Origin: Nanobdellati archaeon
Lineage (GTDB): Archaea; Nanobdellota; Nanobdellia; UBA10117
Direction of reading: 5' to 3'
NCBI GenBank assembly: GCA_016182015.1
Contig: JACOYC010000010.1
Coordinates: 1 to 58,368 of the forward strand
DNA length: 58,368 bases
Part shown: positions 25,915 to 33,342 of the stretch, in pieces
Layout: each line of letters begins with the position of its first letter
Numbering within the stretch: the stretch's first letter is position 1
Translations under genes and position numbers: made by a program
Notes under the pieces: model-generated
Seen by the model: only the letters and a program-made list of their open reading frames with translations
Told to the model about the DNA's origin: nothing
The model's database searches: none

Positions 25915-25944
25915 AGTATACTGACAGTATACTAGTAGTATACT
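25915..25944. repeat. AGTATACT palindrome array, 3 perfect units at 11-bp period
   Basis: Units at 25915, 25926 and 25937. The array fills the E1beta-E2 intercistronic spacer. Confidence 0.9.
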
Positions 25945-26911
25945 AATAATTTATTATATTTTCTACTGCCTTTGTAATTTTATCTGCATTTGGAAAATAA
26001 TAGTGCTCGAGCTTCGGCAGCGGGATAATTATATCAAGGCCAGTAACCCTGGTGACTGGCGCCTTCAGGCTAAGGAAGGATTTTTCCTGAATTAACGCAG
26101 AAAGTTCCGCGCCAAATCCGCAGGTCTTTTGGGCTTCGTGCACAACGATCGCGCGGCCGGTTTTCTTTACTGACGCGGTGATTGTTTCTATGTCGAGCGG
26201 TTTCAGGCTCCTCAGGTCAATTACCTCGCAGCTGGCCTTTGCACCTTCAGCAGCCTTCAGGCATTCCTGCACCATCGCACCCCAGGCAATAAGTGTTACA
26301 TCTGTTCCCTCGCGCCGGACAATCGCCTTTCCGATTGGCACTGTGAAATCATTTTCAGGCACCTCTTCCTTTATTGCGCGGTAGAGTTTTTTTGGTTCCA
26401 GATAAATTACCGGGTCTGGGTCGCGGATCGCTGCGGACAGCAGGCCCTTTGCATCGTATGGCGTGCTTGGCACAACAACCTTCAGGCCGGGAATGTGGCA
26501 GAAAAAAGTTTCCGGCGATTCGGAGTGGTGCTCGAGCGCGCGGATCCCGCCCCCGCATGGTATGCGCAGGACAAGCGGGCACGTGAATCTGCCGCGGGAG
26601 CGGTTGCGGATTCTGGCCGCGTGGTTGTAAAGCTGGTCTATCATCGGAATCGCGAATCCGTCAAACTGCGCCTCTGCAACTGGCTTTATGCCGCCGACCG
26701 CCATGCCAATTGCGGAGCCGATAATTCCGGTTTCTGCAAGCGGCGTGTCAATCACTCTTTCGGGCCCGTACAGCTTCAGCAAATTTTCAGTTGCCCTGAA
26801 CACACCGCCGTCTACCCCAACATCCTCTCCAAGAACGATAACTTTTTTGTCGCGCTTCATCTCCAGCCTTAGCGCGAGATTGATTGCCTGAACTAGCGTT
26901 AATGTTGCCAT
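25943..26911 (-). CDS. 2-oxoacid dehydrogenase E1 beta subunit
   Basis: Transketolase-like pyrimidine-binding and C-terminal domains, for example VIVLGEDVG and RVIDTPLAE. Confidence 0.93.
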   Translation of the reverse strand: MATLTLVQAINLALRLEMKRDKKVIVLGEDVGVDGGVFRATENLLKLYGPERVIDTPLAETGIIGSAIGMAVGGIKPVAEAQFDGFAIPMIDQLYNHAARIRNRSRGRFTCPLVLRIPCGGGIRALEHHSESPETFFCHIPGLKVVVPSTPYDAKGLLSAAIRDPDPVIYLEPKKLYRAIKEEVPENDFTVPIGKAIVRREGTDVTLIAWGAMVQECLKAAEGAKASCEVIDLRSLKPLDIETITASVKKTGRAIVVHEAQKTCGFGAELSALIQEKSFLSLKAPVTRVTGLDIIIPLPKLEHYYFPNADKITKAVENIINY

Positions 26912-26930
26912 ATTTAATATTATTTAATAC

Positions 26931-27100
26931 TATTTAATTGTTCTTTTAGATTCCAATCCATCGGACCCGCAGGGGAGAAGGCTTTCTCCCCTTCAGGTGG
27001 ACGCTCACCCTGATTCCCCTCTTCTTGCCTGCGGCAGAGTAATTTATCCATTTTAATTTTCCTTTATTTTATTTAATTGTTCTTTTAGATTCCAATCCAT
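26931..27100. repeat. 31-bp direct duplication of the E1alpha gene 3' end flanking a 108-bp hairpin insert
   Basis: TATTTAATTGTTCTTTTAGATTCCAATCCAT at 26931-26961 and 27070-27100. Insert contains GGGGAGAA-GGCT-TTCTCCCC and CCGCAGG..CCTGCGG. Confidence 0.9.
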
Positions 27101-28117
27101 TTCTGAATATGTAAAATTGAAGATTGATTCAACGGGCTGCGGTTCTATGCCTTCTGCAGCTTTTACTGCTTCGCTGATTTTTTTCTGGATGTCTGCTTCG
27201 AGTTTTTTCTGGTAGGCCTGCGTCCATAATTTTTTTTCTTCCAAGTATTTTTGCAGCCGCGTTATCGGATCTTTTTTCCGCCACTCTTCAACCTCTTTTG
27301 CGCTTCTGTATTTTGACGAATCGTCAGCGGTTGTGTGGTCGCCAAGCCGGTAGGTAAACGCTTCTATGAACGCCGGCCCTCCGCCGGAGCGCGCAGAGTT
27401 TACAGCGTCCAGCGTTGCCTTGTAAACCGCAAGTACGTCGTTGCCGTCAACCTGAATTCCTGAAAAGCCGTACGCGATTGCTTTTTGTGCCAGTGTTTTG
27501 GACGCGGTCTGCTTTGAAAGCGGAACTGAGATTGCATACTGGTTGTTGTTGCACAAAAAAACAACAGGCAGCTTCCATGTGCCGGCAAGGTTCATCGCCT
27601 CGTGGAAATCGCCTTTTGAAGTCGCGCCATCGCCAAGATAAACAAGGACAGCAGACTTTTTTTTCTGGTATTTTAGCGCGTATGCCATCCCAACCGCGTG
27701 CGGCAGCTGCGTTGAGACTGGCACGCAAATCATAAAGTTGTTTATGTTTTCAGGAATCTGCTGGCCGCGCTCATCGCCCATCCAGTAGAGCAGATATTTT
27801 TCTGGCGGAAGCCCGCGCACCAAATGTGAGCAGATCTCGCGAAAGTAAGGAAACATCCAGTCTTCCTGCTGGAGCGCGAACGCAGAGCCGGCCTGCGCCG
27901 CTTCCTGCCCTTCAGAACTCGGGTAGGTGTACATCCTGCCTTCGCGCTGCAGGCTCAGGCAGGTCCTGTCAAGGAGCCGGCCATAAACCATTGTTTCGTA
28001 AAGATACAGGACGTCCTTGTCAGACAGTTTTGGCATCAGCCTTCCGTCTACCTTGCCCTGCTCGTTAAGAATCTGCAGATAGGGCACTTCAAACCTTGCA
28101 AGCGATTTCAGTGGCAT
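27053..28117 (-). CDS. 2-oxoacid dehydrogenase E1 alpha subunit (TPP-dependent)
   Basis: The TPP-binding block GDGATSKGDFHEAMNLAG...VVFLCNNNQYA is typical. Confidence 0.93.
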   Translation of the reverse strand: MPLKSLARFEVPYLQILNEQGKVDGRLMPKLSDKDVLYLYETMVYGRLLDRTCLSLQREGRMYTYPSSEGQEAAQAGSAFALQQEDWMFPYFREICSHLVRGLPPEKYLLYWMGDERGQQIPENINNFMICVPVSTQLPHAVGMAYALKYQKKKSAVLVYLGDGATSKGDFHEAMNLAGTWKLPVVFLCNNNQYAISVPLSKQTASKTLAQKAIAYGFSGIQVDGNDVLAVYKATLDAVNSARSGGGPAFIEAFTYRLGDHTTADDSSKYRSAKEVEEWRKKDPITRLQKYLEEKKLWTQAYQKKLEADIQKKISEAVKAAEGIEPQPVESIFNFTYSEMDWNLKEQLNKIKEN

Positions 28118-28145
28118 AGCTTGAATTGCCCCTGCGGATTTATAA

Positions 28146-28218
28146 CGTTAACTCGCCTCAAAGGGCGAGTTAACGGAATGGAAAAATCCGCACATCTCAT
28201 GCTTTTGCGGATTTTTTC
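28146..28218. repeat. two hairpin modules in the pdhA/grx divergent intergenic region
   Basis: CGTTAACTCGCC-TCAAAG-GGCGAGTTAACG (12-bp stem), and GGAAAAATCCGCA..TGCGGATTTTTTC, the same stem family as in copies D and E. Confidence 0.8.
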
Positions 28219-28244
28219 ATAAGGTTTGTTTAGAGCTTTGTTTA

Positions 28245-28375
28245 GGCTTTGTTGAAAATCTCTGTTTTTGTCAGAATTATGCCTTACTCACTTCGTTCGC
28301 CGCCGCCGTTTGAAGCTAAAGCTTCAAACATAAAATGGCGGCGACAGTCATAATTCTGACTCTTTCAACAAAGCC
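28245..28375. repeat. 131-nt nested inverted-repeat (MITE-like) element
   Basis: Four concentric stems: GGCTTTGTTGAAA/TTTCAACAAAGCC, GTCAGAATTATG/CATAATTCTGAC, CGCCGCC/GGCGGCG, GTTTGAAGC/GCTTCAAAC. Confidence 0.8.
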
Positions 28376-28390
28376 CTTTATTTAGCAAAA

Positions 28391-28398
28391 TTTATAAA
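28391..28398 (+). promoter_or_regulatory. TATA-like box upstream of the glutaredoxin-like gene
   Basis: TTTATAAA is centred about 25 nt upstream of ATG 28420. Confidence 0.35.
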
Positions 28399-28419
28399 TG
28401 TCCTTTGGTGTTTTATAAA

Positions 28420-28674
28420 ATGGCTAAGCAACCCCGCATCAGGATTTACACAACAGTCAGCTGCCCGTACTGCCACATGGCAATGGAGTGGTTCAAGCAG
28501 AACAAAGTTACTTATGAGCAGATTGATGTCACAACAGACGAGCGGAAGCAGAAGGAGATGATTAACTTGAGCGGGCAGATGGGCGTGCCAGTCATCGCAG
28601 TCGGCGATAAAAATCCGAAAATCATAATTGGATTCCGGGCGGATCAGTTGCGGAAGGCGATACTGGCTTCTTAA
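28420..28674 (+). CDS. glutaredoxin-like protein (NrdH/Grx family)
   Basis: IYTTVSCPYCHMAMEWF active site and a GVPVIAV segment. Confidence 0.85.
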   Translation: MAKQPRIRIYTTVSCPYCHMAMEWFKQNKVTYEQIDVTTDERKQKEMINLSGQMGVPVIAVGDKNPKIIIGFRADQLRKAILAS

Positions 28675-29095
28675 TCTGCAGCGGATGCTGCCTGCGAGCA
28701 TTCTCGAGAGTGACTAAATTTTCTAATTCTATTGGCGGCCGGGCATCTTTAAAATTCACAATAACACGTACTCGCGTGCTGTCTGGTTGTATAGCACGAA
28801 CTACTAAAAGTCGTTCTACATTTGAGCTATATGTTTCAAATCGGCGGCCTGAGCTTGAGTGGCCAGGCTCACCCAACACTAATAGTCCTGCCTCTGTAAG
28901 TTTATTAACGAGTCTGTAGGCTACAGCTATTGGTATGCCAGTACGTGCCGATATATCCTGCGTCCTGATCGGTGTTTCGCCAGCAGTGTGTGCATGGACT
29001 AGTGGATAATATGGATGTTCTACTAATGACACAATTCTTTCTGCGTACTCTTGTGTTTGTCTGGCACGTTCTGCATCATCCATAGAAAATTCCAA
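28622..29095 (-). CDS. winged-helix transcriptional regulator
   Basis: wHTH segment TQDISARTGIPIAVAYRLVNKLTEAGLL plus a C-terminal beta-rich domain. Architecture matches 29334..29705. Confidence 0.5.
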   Translation of the reverse strand: MEFSMDDAERARQTQEYAERIVSLVEHPYYPLVHAHTAGETPIRTQDISARTGIPIAVAYRLVNKLTEAGLLVLGEPGHSSSGRRFETYSSNVERLLVVRAIQPDSTRVRVIVNFKDARPPIELENLVTLENARRQHPLQIKKPVSPSATDPPGIQL

Positions 29096-29134
29096 GCAGA
29101 TAGCTTTTTAAAATTATAACATATATAAATTTAT

Positions 29135-29323
29135 ATGGCTAAAGCAACCTTTGTCTGCCCAGAGTGTAAGGCAAGCTACAAGATGGACATCCCAAAAGAT
29201 GTCTGTGTCGGCTTCACGTTCTGCAAGGCCTGCGGGAAAAGGATTCTGGCAAAGAAAGGGGACTGCTGCGTTATATGTTCTTACTCGGATAAGAAGTGCC
29301 CGGTGCACAAAGAAGGACACTGA
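29135..29323 (+). CDS. GDCCVxC-domain small Cys-rich protein
   Basis: 62 aa containing CPEC, FCKACG and GDCCVICSYSDKKCP. The last matches the named GDCCVxC family signature from memory. Confidence 0.65.
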   Translation: MAKATFVCPECKASYKMDIPKDVCVGFTFCKACGKRILAKKGDCCVICSYSDKKCPVHKEGH

Positions 29324-29333
29324 ACATTACGAA

Positions 29334-29705
29334 TTATTTCAGGTTGCTGGAATCATAGCGTTTCTTGCCGTCTTTATAATACACCCAAACTTCAAATACA
29401 TCGTGTGTGCGGTGAACGTCTATCTCGGAAACGTCTGTTGATAAAAATGTTCCCAGATAGAGCTGCTGATACTTTTGTCCGGGTGGCGGGCGGTGCTCTA
29501 TGCGTATCAGATCGGCAAAAATCATCAGGCTCAATAATTTGTGATAGTTGCTTTTACTGCCGCCGATTTCACGTACGAGATCGCTAAGCGTATGCGGCTT
29601 GCTTGCAAGCGTGTTTAAAACCGCCAGGGCGCGCTCATCGTCCCAGATGCGCATTATGACGTGCGCGAGGCCGCCTGAATCTATTTGCATGAGTAAACAA
29701 ACCAA
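29334..29705 (-). CDS. winged-helix transcriptional regulator (ArsR-like)
   Basis: wHTH segment LSDLVREIGGSKSNYHKLLSLMIFADLI plus a C-terminal beta-rich domain. Confidence 0.5.
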   Translation of the reverse strand: MVCLLMQIDSGGLAHVIMRIWDDERALAVLNTLASKPHTLSDLVREIGGSKSNYHKLLSLMIFADLIRIEHRPPPGQKYQQLYLGTFLSTDVSEIDVHRTHDVFEVWVYYKDGKKRYDSSNLK

Positions 29706-29768
29706 AAATAGTTTTAAAAAGCTTTTTGGCTTCGCAAAGCTTAAATAATATGAAACAGAAACAGGTTT

Positions 29769-30731
29769 ATGGCCAAGACTTATGACATTCTAATTATCGG
29801 TGCAGGCCCTGCCGGCCTGACTGCGGCAATCTATGGTGTCCGCGCGGGAAGAAGTGTTTTAGTGGTTGGCGGAAAAACTCCTGGCGGGCAGTTAATGCTG
29901 ACCACAGATGTTGAGGACTACCCTGGATTTGTTGATGCTGTGCAGGGGCCTGAGCTTGTGCAAAGGATGCGCGGGCAGGCCTCGCGTTTGGGCGCAGAGT
30001 TCTTCGATGACAATGTTACAAAAGTTGGTTTTAAAAAATCCCCGTTCACACTTGAAACCGACGAGAAAAAAAAGTTTTCTGCAAAGTCTGTTATAATTGC
30101 GGTCGGCTCCGCGTACAAGTGGCTCGGCATTCCATCAGAATTAAAGTTCAAGGGCAACGGCATCTCAACGTGCGCGGTCTGCGATGGATATTTCTTCAAA
30201 AATAAAGATGTTGTTGTAATCGGCGGCGGCGACACCGCGATGCGCGAGGCGCTGTTTCTGTCAAAGATTTGTAAAACTGTTACAGTGATTCACCGCCGCG
30301 ACGTGCTGCGCGCGCAGGCTGTTTTGCAGGAACGCGCGAAGGCAACAAAAAATATCAAATGGATTTGGAATTCCGAAGTGCTGGAATTTTTAGGCGATAA
30401 AAAATTATCTGGGATTAAAATAAAAAACACCAAAACCCACCAGACTTCAACTTTGAAAATTGATGGCGCGTTTGTCGCGATCGGCCATGAGCCTTCAACT
30501 GGATTTTTGAAGGGCCAGCTCGAGCTCGATTCAAAGGGATATATTACTATGAGAAGTCAGACTGAAACCTCTGTGCCTGGCGTTTTTGCTGCGGGTGATG
30601 TTAAGGATTTCCGCTACCAGCAAGCTGTTACCGCGGCCGGCTTTGGCTGTATGGCTGCGATGGACGCGGATAACTACTTGCACGGGTTTAGGGCAGTCAG
30701 TGAAGCAGCCAGAAAAAAGCAAAAGAAGTAA
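29769..30731 (+). CDS. trxB: thioredoxin-disulfide reductase
   Basis: GAGPAGLTAAIY FAD motif, CAVCDG redox centre, GGGDTA NADPH motif and a C-terminal GDV...QAVTAAG block. Confidence 0.95.
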   Translation: MAKTYDILIIGAGPAGLTAAIYGVRAGRSVLVVGGKTPGGQLMLTTDVEDYPGFVDAVQGPELVQRMRGQASRLGAEFFDDNVTKVGFKKSPFTLETDEKKKFSAKSVIIAVGSAYKWLGIPSELKFKGNGISTCAVCDGYFFKNKDVVVIGGGDTAMREALFLSKICKTVTVIHRRDVLRAQAVLQERAKATKNIKWIWNSEVLEFLGDKKLSGIKIKNTKTHQTSTLKIDGAFVAIGHEPSTGFLKGQLELDSKGYITMRSQTETSVPGVFAAGDVKDFRYQQAVTAAGFGCMAAMDADNYLHGFRAVSEAARKKQKK

Positions 30732-30760
30732 GTATGCTGGAAGTATACTCACGGCATACT
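30731..30760. repeat. AGTATACT-type array, 3 units at 11-bp period
   Basis: AGTATGCT 30731, AGTATACT 30742, GGCATACT 30753. Units 1 and 3 are mutually complementary. Confidence 0.85.
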
Positions 30761-30777
30761 TGCTACAAACTACTAAA

Positions 30778-31062
30778 ATGGCAAATCCAACAAGTTCTGG
30801 GAAAAAACTAATTGAGTTTTACGGTGACGGCTGCCCGCACTGCGATGACATGAAACCGCTTGTTGCGCGGGCGGAGAAGGAGCTTGGCGTAAAGTTCGAG
30901 AAGTACGAAGTCTGGAACAACATGCAGAACGCGAAGATTATGGACAGCTATGACAAAGGCAGGTGCGGCGGCGTGCCATTCTTTTTTAACACTGCAACCA
31001 GCGAATTTATCTGCGGTTCTACGGATTATGGCACTTTCAAGAAGTGGGCGATAAAAGGCTAG
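30778..31062 (+). CDS. thioredoxin-fold protein (CPHC active site)
   Basis: Start at MANPTSSG. Contains FYGDGCPHCDDMKP and a downstream GGVPFFF. Confidence 0.8.
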   Translation: MANPTSSGKKLIEFYGDGCPHCDDMKPLVARAEKELGVKFEKYEVWNNMQNAKIMDSYDKGRCGGVPFFFNTATSEFICGSTDYGTFKKWAIKG

Positions 31063-31111
31063 CCCGCAGCCCGATAGTTTTATAAATGCAATACTGACCA
31101 TAATATCAAAA

Positions 31112-31387
31112 ATGGCAGCAACAATTACAGAATATGAATTACAATGCCAGGCAAAAAAGCCAGCAATACCTGGCGCTTCTGGCAGAATGTATGAGCTTTA
31201 CAAAAAAAGCAAGCCAGTCGGAAGCATATTTTGGGGCGAACAAACGCTTGTGTTTGCTTCGGCAAGCGTAGACCAAGTTGCTGATTCGCTTTTAGGCATT
31301 GCCAATAATTTGGCACACAGAGTTAGAATAGAAGGCTGGCATATGCTTCCCGGCGACAAAAAAACATTTACCGTGGAGAAAAAATAA
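31112..31387 (+). CDS. hypothetical protein
   Basis: 91-aa ORF, first of four tightly packed co-oriented genes. Confidence 0.45.
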   Translation: MAATITEYELQCQAKKPAIPGASGRMYELYKKSKPVGSIFWGEQTLVFASASVDQVADSLLGIANNLAHRVRIEGWHMLPGDKKTFTVEKK

Positions 31388-31388
31388 A

Positions 31389-31826
31389 ATGACGCTAGAA
31401 CTTGAATCTACGATTATGGGTGAGATTGGATTTCATAGCCCGCCGAATTGGTATGCTGGCAGTGGTTCATGTGTACCAATACGCGAAAATGCCGCAAAGC
31501 GCCTGCCAGGCGTAATTACTAAATATAACAAAGCCGGCCAGGAAATTGCTCCCCCGCAGGCTAGCTTAATCGCGCTTGTAGGGCGCGCCGCGCAAACGCT
31601 TGACAAAAGCGAGTTTTCGTTAGATAAAACGTGGAAGATCGCTTCTGATGTTATTCAGGCGCACATAGTGTTCGCACATGTTCCGAAGGACGGGCTGGCT
31701 AAAAAAGTTGCGCAAACAGAAGCAACCATATTAGAAGTTTATTTTGGAGAAAGCGGGATAGAAAATCCATACTCTTGGAACGAAACAAATATGCAGTTAG
31801 CACGGCCTTCAAACGAGGAAGAATAA
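31389..31826 (+). CDS. hypothetical protein
   Basis: 145-aa ORF that starts 1 nt after the previous stop. Confidence 0.5.
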   Translation: MTLELESTIMGEIGFHSPPNWYAGSGSCVPIRENAAKRLPGVITKYNKAGQEIAPPQASLIALVGRAAQTLDKSEFSLDKTWKIASDVIQAHIVFAHVPKDGLAKKVAQTEATILEVYFGESGIENPYSWNETNMQLARPSNEEE

Positions 31827-31827
31827 A

Positions 31828-32100
31828 ATGGCAGCTAAAAAATACGCGCTGAAAAGTATAGGAATAATCTCGCTGGCAAATTTTTACGCAATCTTTATGG
31901 GAATAATTTATTTTTTCGTTGGATTTATTTATGCCGCGCTAAATCTCGCTAACTTGGGTTTTTTGTGGATTATAATTTTGCCGCTGGCAGGCCTGCTGTT
32001 TGGCTTTTTGATGGGCATCATAACTGCATTTGTTTTCAACCTGATTGCCGGCTGGCTTGGCGGGATTGAGTTTGAGGCCGAGCGCAGAAGATTTAAATAG
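31828..32100 (+). CDS. small membrane protein (3 TM)
   Basis: 90 aa and strongly hydrophobic. Starts 1 nt after the previous stop. Confidence 0.5.
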   Translation: MAAKKYALKSIGIISLANFYAIFMGIIYFFVGFIYAALNLANLGFLWIIILPLAGLLFGFLMGIITAFVFNLIAGWLGGIEFEAERRRFK

Positions 32101-32120
32101 CTAATACTTTTTATCTTAAT

Positions 32121-32624
32121 ATGCAGAATCGTAAGTTGGGGGCTTTGCTCGTAGGTTTCGGTACGGTAGTCGGTGGCCTCTCGCTGCTCTCGATATTTGA
32201 CTTGGGCAAGCAGTCCATCGCGTATGGCTGCAACCCATCTATGGCCTGCCAGGGTGTCGCATCTTCCCTTGGTGTTAGCCATGTGATTGTCGGCCTGATT
32301 TCCGCGCTTATATCGCTCGGCGCGTATCTAATGTTCTTCTCGCGCAGCGAGGAAATAGTTTTGCAGAAACTCGAGGAGACAAAGGAAATAAATCTTGGTA
32401 ATGAAAAATTCGCTGTCCTGCTCTCCGCGCTCACCGAGGACGAGAGAAAGGTTGTCGAACTCATAAAAGCAGAGCCGGGCATCTCACAGCACATGGTAAC
32501 GCTGAAGACCGGCTTCAGCAAGGCAAAGGTTTCCGGACTAATGCAAAATCTAGAGAAACGGAATTTAGTAAAGAGGGAAGATTCCGGGAAGACACTGAAC
32601 GTCTACTTAATGGCGGCGAGTTAA
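32121..32624 (+). CDS. membrane-anchored winged-helix (MarR-like) protein
   Basis: Two N-terminal TM helices, then DERKVVELIKAEPGISQHMVTLKTGFSKAKVSGLMQNLEKRNLV. Confidence 0.55.
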   Translation: MQNRKLGALLVGFGTVVGGLSLLSIFDLGKQSIAYGCNPSMACQGVASSLGVSHVIVGLISALISLGAYLMFFSRSEEIVLQKLEETKEINLGNEKFAVLLSALTEDERKVVELIKAEPGISQHMVTLKTGFSKAKVSGLMQNLEKRNLVKREDSGKTLNVYLMAAS

Positions 32625-32662
32625 ACCCACATTTTCTGATGAGTTTTAGTTAGCACGGGGCG

Positions 32663-33142
32663 TTATCTGCCTTGAAATGTGGCCGCACTTACAACTGAAA
32701 AAATATCATCGTGCTTATTTCTAAAACTTTTAAATACTTTTATATTCATCGTTCCGTTCGGGTAATTTGTTTCTTCTTGGATCATTATTAATTCAGTCGC
32801 AACTAAAATAAATTCCACAGAATACTGACCGTATTTATTTAGCTCTTCAAATTGCGCCAAATCTTTTGCGTTGTAAACTTGTAATGAGGGCGGGAATTTA
32901 TTTTCCGGCTTCAATTTCTTCATCATAGCTATTAGATAATCAACAAGCTTCAAAGTTAATTCTTTGTTTCTGCTTAGCTTCATGTACAAATCAATAATGA
33001 TGTGGATGTGTTTAGGTGTTCGCACTCTTTTGTCCGGCTCTTGATAGTGAACGCGGAAATCAAACGGTGATTCTTTCTTTTTGCCTTTTGAAACCAAAAT
33101 CTTTACGCCTTCTTTGGTTGTGTGCATCAATACATGATCCAT
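32663..33142 (-). CDS. hypothetical protein (candidate restriction endonuclease partner; function unproven)
   Basis: 159-aa ORF divergent from the RHH-methyltransferase pair. I could not identify a nuclease motif. Confidence 0.45.
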   Translation of the reverse strand: MDHVLMHTTKEGVKILVSKGKKKESPFDFRVHYQEPDKRVRTPKHIHIIIDLYMKLSRNKELTLKLVDYLIAMMKKLKPENKFPPSLQVYNAKDLAQFEELNKYGQYSVEFILVATELIMIQEETNYPNGTMNIKVFKSFRNKHDDIFSVVSAATFQGR

Positions 33143-33204
33143 GCGCTCAAAACACTAAATCTTTATATATGTATTATGTATATTTATGCGCATAAGTGTT
33201 GAGA

Positions 33205-33342
33205 ATGTCAAAAGTGCCATTGAATATAACTGTTGATAGTGAATTGTTAGTTAAATTTAGAGAACTTTGCAAGAAGTTAGATATAAAAATCTCAACAAAG
33301 ATAAATACCTTGATTAAAGAGTGGCTTGAAAGAAATGGTTAA
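33205..33342 (+). CDS. ribbon-helix-helix (CopG-like) small DNA-binding protein
   Basis: Hand-translated 45 aa: MSKVPLNITVDSELLVKFRELCKKLDIKISTKINTLIKEWLERNG (strand-helix-helix pattern). Its stop overlaps the methyltransferase ATG. Confidence 0.5.
   Translation: MSKVPLNITVDSELLVKFRELCKKLDIKISTKINTLIKEWLERNG

Noticed and set aside
23980-28117. Expectation of an E3 (dihydrolipoamide dehydrogenase) gene completing the 2-oxoacid dehydrogenase operon. trxB at 29769 was considered.
   Set aside because: 29769..30731 has the CAVCDG centre and the ~320-aa size of thioredoxin reductase, not the ~460-aa Lpd. No E3 is in this window and it may be encoded elsewhere. Absence cannot be interpreted from one window.
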